Positions 50,170 through 62,361 of a stretch of DNA of 64,000 nucleotides are shown here, one piece after another. The notes below the pieces were generated by a model, which worked only from the letters and a program-made list of their open reading frames with translations, was not told the DNA's origin and did not search any database. The stretch's first letter is position 1. Every line of letters starts with the position of its first letter. The position numbers and the translations under genes are program-made. This DNA comes from Chiloscyllium plagiosum (taxonomy: Eukaryota), in contig NC_057719.1 in assembly GCF_004010195.1 (NCBI RefSeq), forward strand, positions 95,696,094 through 95,760,093, given 5' to 3'.

Positions 50170-51860
50170 GCATATGCCATAAGGATGCAGGACTGTAAGG
50201 TACTGCTGAAGGCTTTCTGGTAAGTTGTTCAATGCATCTCACAAACACAGCTGATGTGTTGCGCTGCCGGTGAAGACAGTGAGTGGTTCATTTAGTGGAA
50301 AGTTGCTGAACATGCACGTAGCTTCATCCCAGAAGGTGGTGAACTACCTGGGTGTTTCTGGAGCTGAACTCACCTAACCAAGTGGAAGTATATTCATTTT
50401 TTTAAAGTCTTTACGGAGCCAGAGGAATTGGGCTTAGTTGCTTGCTTTCATTTCTAAAGGATTCCCCTGAAGAGACAGCCTCTGACCTGGTACTATAGCC
50501 TTGCTATTTAACTGGCTGGTGCCGTTAAGTTTCTAGACAATGGTGATTCTCAAGCAGATGACAGCGTCAGAATTCAGTGATGGTGATGCTTTTAGATGTC
50601 AATGGGAGATAGGCTAAATTCTATCTTATTAGAGATGGAAATTGCCTGGCACTTGTGTGGTGCAAATATGGTCATGACTAATCAGCCCAAGTTTGAATGT
50701 TGTCTTTGTCTTTCTGCAGGTGGACACAATTGTCTGAGGAATAGCGAACAGTACTGAACAATGGACAGCAGTCAACAAATATTTCCACTTCCAACTTTAT
50801 GATGGAGCACAGGCCTTTGATGAAGCAGCTCAAAATGAGCTGCTTGGCCTTGAATAGCCACAAACATCCTTTGTGCTGTTTAGGTGGAGAGCTTTCCCAT
50901 AACATTCCCTGATTTTAATGTTTGTGATATCGGACCTGGCCCAATACTGAATTGATGCCAAGTGCTGACATTTTATCTCCTCTCTGGGTTCAATGCTTTA
51001 CTCCATATTTGTACTAAGGTTGTAAGTGATCTAGAGCAGGGTCTTCCTTGCAGATCACAAATTGAGCATCAATGAGCAAGTTACTGTGTCAGTTGTGCTA
51101 GATAGTTCATACAACTCCTTCTATTGCTTTGTTCATTATAGAGAATAGGCTAGCGAGTTTGGAGAAGATTTGTAACTCAGGTTGAGGTTCTGGATGTAGA
51201 TTTGCTCATTGAGCTAGAAGGTTCATTTTCAGATGTTTCATTACCAAGCTTCAGTGAGCCTTCGGACAAAGCACTGCTGATGATTCCTGCTTTCTATTTA
51301 TATGTTTGGGTGATAGGTCGGTAATTGACCAAAGTTGACATCTTCTATTTTTGTGAACATAACTTATATGGGCAACTTTTTTTACTCTGTTTTCTGGTTT
51401 CCAACTGGACGAGAGCAGCTTGATTAGTGGCAGGGCTGGGTCTGGAGCTATTCTTCAGCTGTGATGTCATCGGACTCCATTGGCTTTGCTTTATCCAGTG
51501 TGCCCAGCTATTGCTTGATATCACATGGAGTGAAAATACTTGACTGAAATTTGGCTTCTGTGGTGGAAGACATAAAACCTGATACTTCAGGCTGAAGTTG
51601 TTTGCAACACTTTAGTCTTTTCTTTTAGACACGTCTGTTTCTAGTATCGTGAATGGTATGATGTACATAAATGGTTGTTAAATGGTTAAATTATCTTAAA
51701 ACAGTATCGCACATGGCAGGATCTCAAAGCTTCAATCTGATTAATTTATGAGGTGGCTAAACTGTGTCTATAGTACGCTGCTTCTGTTACTCAGTACATA
51801 TGTAGTCCTGTGTCACAGTTTCCCCAGGTCGGAAACTCGTTTTTAGATAGGTCTGGTGTT
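50170..51860 (-). mobile_element. Decayed LINE RT fragments
   Basis: Minus ORF FINxLxSIIK..VxIFVDxC...LQKDKDNIQTWAD, a degenerate FADD region. Confidence 0.6.
51156..51310 (-). mobile_element. Poseidon-like pLTR fragment (hammerhead partly deleted)
   Basis: gtttggagaagatttgtaactcaggtt... matches 36112-36230. Confidence 0.75.
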
Positions 51861-51954
51861 ATACAAATTAATAGTTCTGAAGTGATTCATGTTTGTTACA
51901 TTGGTTCCAACTATCCCACTCAAGTCATATACTGCCTGTAGATAGCTGCAAGGA

Positions 51955-52058
51955 CAAGAACAGAAATTGCTGGGAGAAACTCAGTGGGTCTGGCAGCACC
52001 TGTAGAGAGAGAGAAGCAGGGTTAATGCTTTGAGTCCAGTATGACTCTTCGGAACTGA
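51955..52058 (-). mobile_element. PLE pLTR fragment
   Basis: Antisense of the 19987-20082 family; ends at a hammerhead remnant (gactcttcggaact). Confidence 0.7.
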
Positions 52059-52314
52059 AAAGAACTGGAAAATGACCATTTTTATACTGTTAACCGAGTG
52101 GAATAGATTGCAAAGATGCCCAAAAAAAAGGCATGGTTTGCCCCCTGAATCCCACGGACTCCAGTTTTGCTCAGGCCCAATCTCAGTCAAACACACCATT
52201 GATGTCAGGGGTGGTCACAGGACATACCTGGGCAATTTTCCACATTGTCAGGCAGATTCCAAACTTGTAGCTGAACTAGAACAGCTTGGCCAGCTTTAGT
52301 TGTCCAGAAGACCG

Positions 52315-52545
52315 TTCAGAGTGAAGCGTGGGTCGGGAGTCAAACATAGGCCAGACCAGGTGAGGATGGCAGATATCCTTCCCTGAAGGGCATTAGGGAG
52401 CCAGCTGAGTTTTTTTTACAACAGGTGACAATGGTTACATGGTTGCCAATAGGCCAGCTTTTTAAACTCCAGATTTTACTAAATTCAAATTTCACAATTT
52501 GCCTTGGTAGGATTAGAATCCATTTCTAAAGCATATTAACTTGGG
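52315..52545 (-). mobile_element. SINE (second family) fragment
   Basis: ggccagaccaggtgaggatggcagatatccttccctgaagggcattag is the reverse complement of the family core. Confidence 0.7.
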
Positions 52546-52643
52546 TTTCTATAGTGGTCAGTAGTCCTCAGACACTTTAACCTTTCTAGTTTCCAGTGCA
52601 TTCAGCTGTTTCTTGACATCTTGTGGAGTTAATCACCCTGGAT

Positions 52644-52720
52644 GAAGTTAAAAATCACACAACACCAGGTTACAGTGCAATAGGTTTAATTGGAAGCACT
52701 AGCTTTCAGGGCACTGCTCC
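52644..52720 (-). mobile_element. PLE pLTR fragment, third family
   Basis: aagttaaaaatcacacaacaccaggtta...gctttcagggcactgctcc; antisense to 54545-54598. Confidence 0.7.
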
Positions 52721-54521
52721 TGCACGGTCCCTGGGTCAAAACTTGGAATTCCCTCCCTAACAGCTTTGTGGATTTTTTTTTAACAACCCAAGGACTGCAG
52801 CAGTTTAAGAATACCAGTTACTATCACCCTCTCTGGTCAAATTAGAGATGGGTAATAAATGCTGGCCTAGCTAGTGACACCCACATCCTGTGAATGTAAG
52901 AAAATCATTCAAAAAGGAATTAGATAACCATTTGTCAAAAAACTTCATACCTTCTGTTAGTTTAATGCACAAGATATCAACAAATTCTGATAAAAGCCTT
53001 GTAGATAGATGTGTGCAAATCTTCCATCAGTGCAGAGATTGAAAACCTTCAGACAGAACATCACAATCACACTTTACTGGAGGGAAGAAGCTTTAATTAT
53101 TGTAGTTTTAGTACTACAGACTGTGAATGACAATTGTAACTCACTAACTTTAAATTATATCCATTTCACAATCACTCTGAAACCTTTTTATATTTTCCCT
53201 ATTTCTCTTTTCCTGATAGTATTAAAAATGGTTAAACATAAAGCATTTTCCTCATGCCATGACATTTTTCCCTGTGTCGGCCACGTGGATAAATATTGGA
53301 CAATTAAATCATCTTCCTTCCTCAAAAATTATAACCCATCTCCTAAACAATAACTGAAATTGTAATTAGAAATTTCTTTGTTATCAAATAGATTTCTCCA
53401 GATGTAAGTATACTGTTCAAATGTATGGCATATATTGCAATCATTTTTTATTACATGGGATTATGTGTTTGAAAAACAAAAATGTTTCTTATATAGTGTA
53501 TTATTAAAATTTAAATCTTTGCTAAAAATTTGTAACAATGATAGTAACATCTGAAAACCATGGACACTATTTTCTAACATTGATTACACACTGAGGGCTA
53601 CAATGCAGTACGAGTGTTGGGCAGAACAAATGGCAATTACCTTTGAAACAGTCCTATTCCATTGCCGTGACTTGAAAGTCATAAAATCAATGTGGCACAC
53701 ATGCAGGCCATCTACCCCATCAAATCCATCCAAACTTTCCAAAAGCACATCAGCTAGTGCCACTCCCCATTCTATCACTGTAATACTGAAAATTTATTTC
53801 ATTCAAACACATACCCACTTTTCTTGTTCTTTTTAAGACCTCTCCCTCCACCACCCTGGTAGTAGGAGTTCCAAGTCATCAGCACTCTCAAAAAACATTC
53901 TTCCTCGTTAGCCCTGCCTTGTCTGTCAGAAATCCCACTGACGTGTACATGGATTCTCCTTAGCACTTCTGGTGAAGTTACAGTGGCAGCATCAGCACAG
54001 TTCCAAGGAAATTCCCAACTTATTATTCCAGTTTAATATGATAACAATATAGATATTCGATACTTCAACAGACAATACCAGATATACTGGTAAACCACCA
54101 ACTTCAGTGATATTAAATAAATGTTAAAAATAAATGAAGTTTTTTGGATTTTCAAAATAATAAATGAAACCATTATGACAGTGTAAATAAACAGCTCAAA
54201 GAATTCCGATGAATTACTTCTGATTCTATTAATTCCAAGTTGAAATTAAGTTAGGCACATTATTGGATATCTGTCATGTTGTCCAGTTTATCTCTTTGCA
54301 CTTCATGAAACATCTGAATGAAAAAAGAAAAATAACTTTAAAGACTTTACCTTTCAAAAAGACAAATAATTCAGATCTAATAAATGTCAATGACACATAC
54401 TAAACTTTGTTTGCATTTAAATCCTAAATGTTATTAACTATGAAGAAATTCAAATGGTATATCTTCAGTACAATAACAAATTCAATTGCATAAAAACATG
54501 TGCTGAACTAGGTTTCCTCAA

Positions 54522-54633
54522 TTAAAAATCACGCAACACCAGGTTGCTTCCAATTAAACCTGTTGGACTATAACCTGGTGTTGTGTGATTTTTAACTTTG
54601 TACACCCCAATCCAACACCGGCATCTCCGAATC
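54522..54633 (+). mobile_element. PLE pLTR fragment with short 5' inversion
   Basis: 12-bp TSD gtttcctcaatt (54512-54523 / 54634-54645). 54522-54545 is inverted relative to 54572-54595. Confidence 0.8.
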
Positions 54634-54869
54634 GTTTCCTCAATTGAACACAATTGTTAAGAGAAATAAGGGTATAGTTGAATGACTTGAGTTATGGTGT
54701 AGGTGGGAAGATTTCCAATACATGGGCATTAGAACCAATCCTAGGATAAAATACATCTTTCAAAATGAACAGTTGGCACCTCAGTAGGATGGGGATCTCA
54801 TAGCAACGTTCTCTAGTTTGTTTGGGAGGTCCTAAACTAACATAAAATGGGTGTATCCTGTATGTCCTA

Positions 54870-55190
54870 ACATACAGGACATACAAACAAACATACAGAT
54901 TAGGAGCAGAATTAGGCCTTACAAGCACTGAGCTTGTTCCACCAATTAATAAGATCATGGCTGATCTGATAGTGGCATCAACCCCAAATTCCTACCTATC
55001 TCAAATAATTATCAACTCTCCTGTTAGTTATGAATCTCTCTACTTCTGCCTTAGAGAAATATTCAGTGACTGCCTCCACCACTCCCTGCAAAGACAGAAA
55101 CTCCTAGCTTTCTAAGAGATAAAAATTTTTCTTGTTTCCATCCGAAATAGGAAACTCCTTGTTTTTAAACTGTATCCCCCAATTCTGGCT
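54870..55190 (-). mobile_element. Old CR1 3' fragment
   Basis: ttaggagcagaattaggcc...ccaccaattaataagatcatggctgatctg, a CR1 3' UTR antisense. Confidence 0.7.
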
Positions 55191-55240
55191 TCCTTTACAA
55201 AGCAAAACCACCTTTAAACATCCAGAGGTGTTTGTCATTA

Positions 55241-55588
55241 GGGCAGCATGGTAGCTCAGCGGTTAGCACTGCTGTTTCACAGCGTGATGGACCCCAATTC
55301 GATTCCAGCCTCGGGTGACTTTCTGTGTGAAGATTGCACATTCTCCCTGTGTCTGTGTGGGTATCCTCCGGGTGCTCTGGTTTCCTCCCACAATCCAAAG
55401 ATGTGCAGGTTAGGTGAATTGGCTGTGCTAAACTGCCTGTAGTGTTCAGGTATGTATAACTTGGTGCATAGTCAGGGGTCAATATAGGGTAGAGGGAAAA
55501 GGTTTGGGTGGGTTATTCTTTGGAGGGTCGATGTGGACTTGTTGGGCCAAAGGGCCTGTTCCCACATTGTAGGGATTCTTTGATTCTA
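55241..55588 (+). mobile_element. HE1-type SINE
   Basis: gggcagcatggtagctcagcggttagc head; tail gtagggattct. Confidence 0.93.
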
Positions 55589-55753
55589 CATATAAAGGTG
55601 AATACTTCAAATGAAAACTAGGCCAAATATAATTAGTTTTCGAATTCAATAAAATCTGGAAGAACTGACTTAATTCCAACCATGTAGCCACTGTCAATTA
55701 TTGTAAAATCCTATCAGGTTCACTATTGTTCTTCAGGGAAGGTATTCTGCCAC

Positions 55754-55840
55754 CCTGATGAAGGGCTTATGCCCGAAACATCTCTCCTGCTCCTCGAATG
55801 CTGCCTGAACTGTGCTTTTCCAGCGCCACACTTTTTGATC
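55754..55840 (+). mobile_element. PLE pLTR fragment with hammerhead-like motif inside a SINE remnant
   Basis: cctgatgaagggcttatgcccgaaacatc; TSD ctgccaYcct (55747-55756 / 55841-55850). Confidence 0.85.
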
Positions 55841-56688
55841 CTGCCATCCTTACACAGTCTGACCTACGTGTGACTCCAATGTGGGTAGCTCTCACCATCT
55901 GGGCAAATAGGGAAGACCGATTAATGCTGGCCTAGCTGAAAATGCCTACCTCATGAATGAATGATAAAAGGATTACAAACGGAGAACAAATGAGTATTCT
56001 GCATTGGTGATCACTAAGGAAGAGAATGTTGAATTCTAATGATAAAATATAGCAGAAGCAGACAGTGTGTAGCTAATGGATGGTTTGAACATTCTAGTGC
56101 AAAATAAATTGAAAAGGCTGGTAATGCTCAGAGTGGGCAAGTCTCCTGGTCCAGATTGCTGTATTCTAGAACGTTTAAGGGAGTGGGGATTGGGAAAACC
56201 AAAATCTTCTAACATTCACTCGATGTCAGGGAAGAGTGAGAGGATTGGAGAATGGCAAATGTGACATTCTTATTCTAGGAGGACTGCAAGGACACATTTA
56301 GAAATGACAGTGTAATATTACTGGCAATGTTTTAGAAACCATGATAGGATGAAAAAAAACGTGGAGACACTTGATTTCATTAAATGAGAACCAGCACAGC
56401 TTGGTAAAAGGCTTGAATAATCTAACTCTTGTATGTTGCCTATACAGATTTTAAAAATGTTTTGATAAGGTAACAATATCTGAAAGGCTGGTTAACAAAA
56501 CTGAGGCTCTCAGAATAGGAGGGTCAGCCTCAGCCTGGAGTTTTAAAAAAAATGGCTCAAGAACAGAGACTAGCAAGTGGTAAATTGTTAATTTTTAGAC
56601 TGAGGGATGATAGGATGTGGTCTTCCTGAATGCTCAGTGCTAAGATCATTGCTCTTCTGATTTATATAAATGATTTGGATATTGGAAT

Positions 56689-57319
56689 TGCAACAGGATT
56701 CTTGGTTTGTAGAGCTTGATTTGAGAAATATGAAGGTGCCTGATTGTGGGGCTGACAAGAAAGCAGAGTCACCATGTATACACAGGGATTAAAACTGTTA
56801 AAACCACAGGATGAAACCTCCTCATTTTTGGACAGTGAGGAAAGAAAATTTGGCTGGTGTTAGGCTTCATTGAGAGGAAGACTTTGACCCAGCCTCAGAA
56901 GATGCAAATGGGAAACTAATGATCTGTTGTGTGGCATGCAACAAGACTCAGGTGATCAGATTTTGAGATGAGAGGGGTTCAGATGCAATTGAGAAAAGTT
57001 GAGTACAAAGGCTGGATCTGGCAAAGGAGCTGGAGTTTTACTGAGGAAATTCAGAGTTTTGAGGGATGAAATTACTGCCATACCTGTTGAATGAGACACT
57101 TGAGAAAACTTGAAAAATCTTTCTTTGTTGCATCAACTATTTAAATGTTTAATTTATTATTTATATTGTACACAAAATACCTGTGATTTCATGTTTAATT
57201 AACATTAATTATGGTTTGATTGTTAAAGACTAGATGCTACAGAAGTGAAATATTGTTGCTTAGCTGTCAATCTGACATTTCATACTTTTCATTAGCTGTT
57301 CTCCATAAGGATCATAACA
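56689..57319 (+). mobile_element. Solo LTR (~630 bp) with 4-bp TSD GAAT
   Basis: TG...CATAACA; GAAT at 56685-56688 and 57320-57323; the host CR1 is continuous across it. Confidence 0.8.
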
Positions 57320-57471
57320 GAATATAATTTCAAAGTTTGTCAATGATGCCAAACTGAGAGGTGTGGTAAACAACAGCAACAGAATGGGGATACATTTGGC
57401 AGATGCAATTTAAGATAAAGTAATACATTTGGGAGAAAAATGAGGGAGAGACAATATAAATTTAAAGAGAC

Positions 57472-57561
57472 ATCGGACCCAAAACATTAACTCCGATTTC
57501 TCTTCACGGATGCTGCCAGACCTGCTGAGCTTTTCCAGCAACTTCTGTTTTTGTTTGTGAT
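57472..57561 (+). mobile_element. PLE pLTR fragment
   Basis: TSD atttaaagRgac (57460-57471 / 57564-57575); same family as 19987. Confidence 0.8.
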
Positions 57562-58314
57562 AGATTTAAAGGGACTATTCTAAAGACTCAGCAGGGATAT
57601 AGGTATCTGGGTGCACATGCACTGACATTTGAAACTGGATGACATATTGAACTGAATGTTCTGGAGCTTGTGAAAGTGGGATATGAGGCAGAAGAGCCAT
57701 TACATGTGGAGGATTGGCAGAGTGGTGGACTGTTTGTCACTTTCTCACCCCCACAGCACTCTGCCAGCAGCTGAGAAACTGAAAGGATGGACCTCCAGCC
57801 TAGAGGCTAATTGTAGTATTGGGGGGTCAATTAAGGGTCTCTTGCAGTATTTTACTAGCAGTATGTGAGCTCTTGTCACATGGGGAGATCACCTGGCAAA
57901 TCCTGGCAGATTCCCTGCAGATTCACAGCCAACCTGACAGGATCTGCCCGATTGACCCCAGTGACCCTGACCTCAAATACCATGCAGCGAGGGCAGTGCC
58001 ATTATACATCCTGTTTGCTGGATACCAACCCAGTTATAGGCACCACTTCCAATGCCACAGCTGGGGTCTGAAGTACTACTGGCACTTTCTGATTCCTTTT
58101 CATTCCAGAAAGGATAAAAAGGTCCTGGACTTGCCAACATATTAGCTATTTCAGAGCCTGAAATGTGGCTGAGTTGGACCATCATTTGGGCCAGCACTAC
58201 CCTGTACTCCAAACAATCCACCTAAATGAGAGAGAAATTAACAAAGCCTATGAGAACTTGAGCATCATAAATAGAGATATTGTATGCAAGAACAGTTAAG
58301 TGATTCTACATGTG

Positions 58315-58900
58315 TTTTATTCACTCGTAGGCACAGCTAACTGGGACAGTATTTATCACCTATCCCTAATTGCCCTTGAGAAGATGGTGGTAACCTATCT
58401 TCTTGAATTGCTGCTGTCCATTTGATTTAGGTAGACTCGCAATGCCATTAGGGAGGGAATTCCAGAATTTTGACCCAGTTACATTGAAGGAACAGCGATA
58501 TATTTCCAAGTCAGGATGGTGAGTGGCTTGGAAGAGAGCTTACAGGAGGTGGTACCCCCATTATCTGCTGCTCTTGTCCTTCTAGATGGAGGTGGTCATG
58601 GATTTGGAAGGTGTTGTCTGAGGATCTTTGGTGATTTTCTGCAGTACATCTTATACATAGCATGCACTGCTGCTAATGAGTGTCTTGATAGAGGGAGTGA
58701 ATGTTTGTAGTTCTGGTGCCAATCTACCAGGTTGCTTTGTCCTGGATGGTGTCAAGCTTCTTGAGTGTTGTTGGAGCTGCACCCATCCAGACAGGTAGGG
58801 AGTATTCTATCAGACTCCTGACTTGTCCCTTTAGATGGTGAATAGGTTTTAGGCATTTAGGAATTGAGTTACTCACTGCGGTATTCTTAGCTTCTGACCT
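58315..58900 (-). mobile_element. LINE 3' end sharing its tail with the second SINE family
   Basis: Minus ORF QVRSLIEYSLPVWMGAAPTTLKKLDTIQDKA; tail caattagggataggtgataaatactg. Confidence 0.8.
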
Positions 58901-58902
58901 GT

Positions 58903-59010
58903 GTTCTGAAGAAAGGTCACTGGACCCAAAACTTTTACTCTGCTTTCTCTGCACAGATGGTGCCAGACCTGCTGTGTTTATGATTTGTTTTCAGATTTCC
59001 AGCATTTTTT
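58903..59010 (+). mobile_element. PLE pLTR fragment starting at a degenerate hammerhead
   Basis: gttctgaagaaaggtcactggacccaaaac... Confidence 0.75.
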
Positions 59011-59024
59011 ATTTATTCCTACTG

Positions 59025-59600
59025 TTTTCTGGTCACTAACCAATTTTCTATCCATCTCAATATACTATACTCAATCCTATGCACTTTAATCTTACACATT
59101 AATCTTTTATGTGGAGACTTTATGAAAGCCTTCTGAAAATTCAAGTAAACCACGTCCACTGGCTCCCTTTCATCAACTCTACTAGTTCCAGCCTCACAGA
59201 CTTCCAGTAGATTTCCCTTTCATAATCCATGCTGCCTCTGTCTGATCCTGGTCTTGCTATTTCTGCTCTATTATCTTTCATAATGGGCTTAAGTATTTTC
59301 CCCATTACTGACATTAGAATGATTGGTATATACTTTCTGGTATTCTCTCCAACTCCTTTTTTAAATAGCAGAGCTAGATTACAATCTGTAGGAAACATTC
59401 CAGAGCCTATAGAACCTTGGAAGTGACCATCACTATTACTAGGGCCAATGTCTTAGGTACTCTGGGATATAGATTATCAGGCCATGAAGATTTATGGCCT
59501 TTAATCCCATCAATTTCCGTAACATCATTTTCGATAAAAACTGATGTCCTTCAGTTCCTTTCTTTCTCTCAAACCTGTGTCCCCAGCATTTCTGGTATTG
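59025..59600 (-). mobile_element. Old CR1 RT fragment
   Basis: Minus ORF LFKKG...YxPIxLxSVMGKILK. Confidence 0.75.
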
Positions 59601-60059
59601 GCACTGGTACTTGTATTTAACAGCCATACAAAAAAAACCAACGGTAGATCATGGAAGATCAGCTTCCTACATGGTGTGGGCCTGCCTCACCATGAGTAAT
59701 AAACTGGCTAAGGAGGATAAGGCCCTCAAGTTAAGAGTCCAAGGGAGTACCAACCATACCATTCCTGCCCCACCTCTTAGAATTTCAGAAATGTCAGGGG
59801 TGGGCAGGTATGCAACAGAGAAGCTACCTGGTGATTTTATGTGCCTGCTCTGCCCTCAAACCTGCTGACAGAAGAGCATATGGACCAGTTCCTGACTTCA
59901 CATTGTGACAACATATTTAATGGACCAGTAAAGGTGGATCTCTAATCTAGGCTGAGCTGCCTGTTGTCAATAATTGCAAACAATAAGAGTTTTAATTATT
60001 CGTTTTTCTCTACAAAATGGAAAATAAATCAAATCATGATGGCTTCACCAACTCATATC

Positions 60060-60560
60060 AGCTGCAATATTCTTCAAAGTGATAATTAATTTTGGACTGG
60101 GATTATTTTCAAGATTTCCCATTTGTGCTATCAAGCTGACTAGCCATAGTCACTGGATTTATATCTTTTTTTTTGAACAACGGTGCAATATTTGTAATCC
60201 TCTAGTCTTCCAAACCACTTCATACCAAAAGGAGATTTGGAAGATTCTGGTTAGAAGATGCATTATTTGCACGTTTCTCCCCTCAACAATCTAGACTGGA
60301 TAGTTTTCTAGTGTGAACATTGCCAAACAGTACAGTTCTTCCTCTTTATCTATTTTTACCAGACTCCGTTTCACTACTAATTCCTCCTTGACTGTAAAAT
60401 TGGCAGAATCTTTTACTTTAGTGATGACAGATGCAAAGTACTGTTTATGTCCCTCAACCATGATCTCTTTCTCCATAAAATCTCTTTATTCTTAAATAAG
60501 GATCTCCTTAAGATCCTTAAATAGCCCAATTGGTTTCTCCAATTTCTTCTAAACTTAGAA
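60060..60560 (-). mobile_element. Old CR1 ORF2 fragment
   Basis: Minus ORF QYFASVIT...IDKEEEL, followed by a decayed PVSLIA. Confidence 0.65.
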
Positions 60561-60660
60561 GCTACCAGATTAGTTTGAAAAGACATCTGTAATGTTAGTA
60601 ATTATTTTATCTTTAATAAACTGTAAAAAAAAAGTCAATACAGAGAGCCTGAAATCTTAC

Positions 60661-60761
60661 CATAATGCTTCTGACAAAGTTGTGCAATTTTGTCACTAAA
60701 GCATCCGCCAAGCTCCACCATGTTGCACACCTCCAGAATTTTGCTCAAAGTACATGAAATC
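60661..60761 (-). CDS. Candidate spliced exon (101 bp), ISCTLSKILEVCNMVELGGCFSDKIAQLCQKHY; possible ADAT1/ADAR-like N-terminus
   Basis: Acceptor ttttttctgatatttctttaccacag and donor atg/gtaaga. Only one frame is open, and an internal ATG sits in Kozak context AACATGG. Confidence 0.4.
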
Positions 60762-60967
60762 CTGTGGTAAAGAAATATCAGAAAAAAATGTTTGCAACAT
60801 ATTATAAAGATCTCAGTCACTAACATCAAAATTAAATCTCCCAGATGACTTGAAAGGAAAGATTTGTATGAATTCGGAAGATCTGGACTTGAGTATACAC
60901 AACATAATTTCTAAAGGCAAATTGGAATGTTGGATTTAAAAACAAAGGAAATGGACACATGTGCAAG

Positions 60968-61063
60968 AAGGGCTGAAGAAGGGCTTATGCCCGAAACGTC
61001 GATTCTCCTGCTCCTTGGATGCTGCCTGACCTGCTGCGCTTTTCCAGCAACACATTTTTCAGC
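60968..61063 (+). mobile_element. PLE pLTR fragment with intact hammerhead core
   Basis: ctgaagaagggcttatgcccgaaacgtc; 12-bp TSD cacatgtgcaag (60956-60967 / 61063-61074). Confidence 0.9.
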
Positions 61064-61981
61064 ACATGTGCAAGGAAGCTGAACTTCATCTTTATGAAAT
61101 AATTTATGTTAGGTTCTTGTTGGATTATTGTGACCGTTTCTGAGTATCATACATTTGAAATGTGACAATCCTGTAGACAGCATAGACAGAATATTAACCA
61201 GAAAGGAACCAAGGGCACAGAACTTCTTTGTGGAAAGAACAATGTATCTGGAATTGTTCTCTTTAGAGCAAAATAAACTTTAGGGAAAGACCTTTTAAAT
61301 CATAAATGGTTGTGATAGTTTCACCCACTTCCTCACAATATTTTCACTGGCAGAATAGTTGGTAACCAGAGGGCTGTGGTAATTTGCTCTTTTCCCACAG
61401 GCGGCATGAGGAAAAACAATTTAAATAAAAGGTATTATGATGATCTCCAGAATACTGCCTGAGTGGATGGGAAATGCAGATTCAAACTTAACTTTCAAAA
61501 GGCAGGCAGAATATTTGAAGGAGAAAAGGTTTTAGGGCTATGGAAGAAAAGCAAGAGAGCAGGACTAACCAGATTACACTTTCAAGGACCGACCACTGAC
61601 ATGACGGGCCGAATGGCCTCCATTTTGTGTTGTTTAATTCTTTGATTCTACAAGGCTCTCTGCAGCTCCTGCTGAAATTGGCAGAAGGTGGGTCAGCAGT
61701 GGAATCCACTGGTATCAACGACTGAGAGCAAGTCAATTCATTCTAGACAAACTGACAATTATTGCATAAATAATGTACAACATTTGGAGATTTCAGTACA
61801 GCAGGCATTAAGTGTACTGACATTACAAACTAAAATGGAGCCATCTGCCATAACACTAGACAACCCCACTGGCATCAAAATCCTGCATTGCAAATTATAT
61901 TTGTTGTTTAAATTCATGACTCCATGACTGCAAAAATGCTTCCAATGTTGCTACCTACCAGCGTCTGACTGGTCAGCCACT

Positions 61982-62214
61982 TTCTGGATTAGTGGTGCTG
62001 GAAGAGCACAGCAGTTCAGGCAGCATCTGAGGAGCAGTAAAATCAACATTTCGGGCAAAAGCTCTTAATCAGGAATAACTTTTATTCCTGATGAAGGGCT
62101 TTTGCCCGAAACGTCGATTTTACTGCTCCTCAGATGCTGCCTGAACTGCTGTGCTTTTCCAGCACCACTAATCCAGAATCTGGTTTCCAGCATCTGCAGT
62201 CATTGTTTTTACCT
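61982..62214. mobile_element. Palindromic PLE pLTR insertion with hammerhead core (62084-62119)
   Basis: About 97-bp inverted arms (61982-62078 / 62082-62178); 15-bp TSD ctggtcagccacttt (61969-61983 / 62213-62227). Confidence 0.93.
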
Positions 62215-62361
62215 GGTCAGCCACTTTACTTACCTACCATGCGTAGAACAAATTCTCAGGAGAAACTAATTGTAATCATTTCAAGAGGCCTAGTCCAGTT
62301 GTCATTTCAGCATTCTAGTTACTTTTCAGGACTTGTTACTATCTATTTTTGAGGCTGTAAC

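Larger units (their letters stand above)
55980..57650 (+). mobile_element. Old CR1 ORF2 fragment with nested insertions
   Basis: KSPGPD; gctcagtgctaagatcattgctcttctgatttatataaatgatttggat (a decayed GSVLGPLLFLIYINDLD). Confidence 0.75.

Noticed and set aside
52951..53076. Coding exon with a deaminase-like D-x-H...AFIR motif
   Set aside because: Stops in all three frames, the catalytic HAE is absent and spacing is wrong; likely chance.
54260..54313. Terminal coding exon MFHEVQRDKLDNMTDIQ*
   Set aside because: The phase does not match the 60661 exon (it would give DVS-stop) and no homology is recognised.
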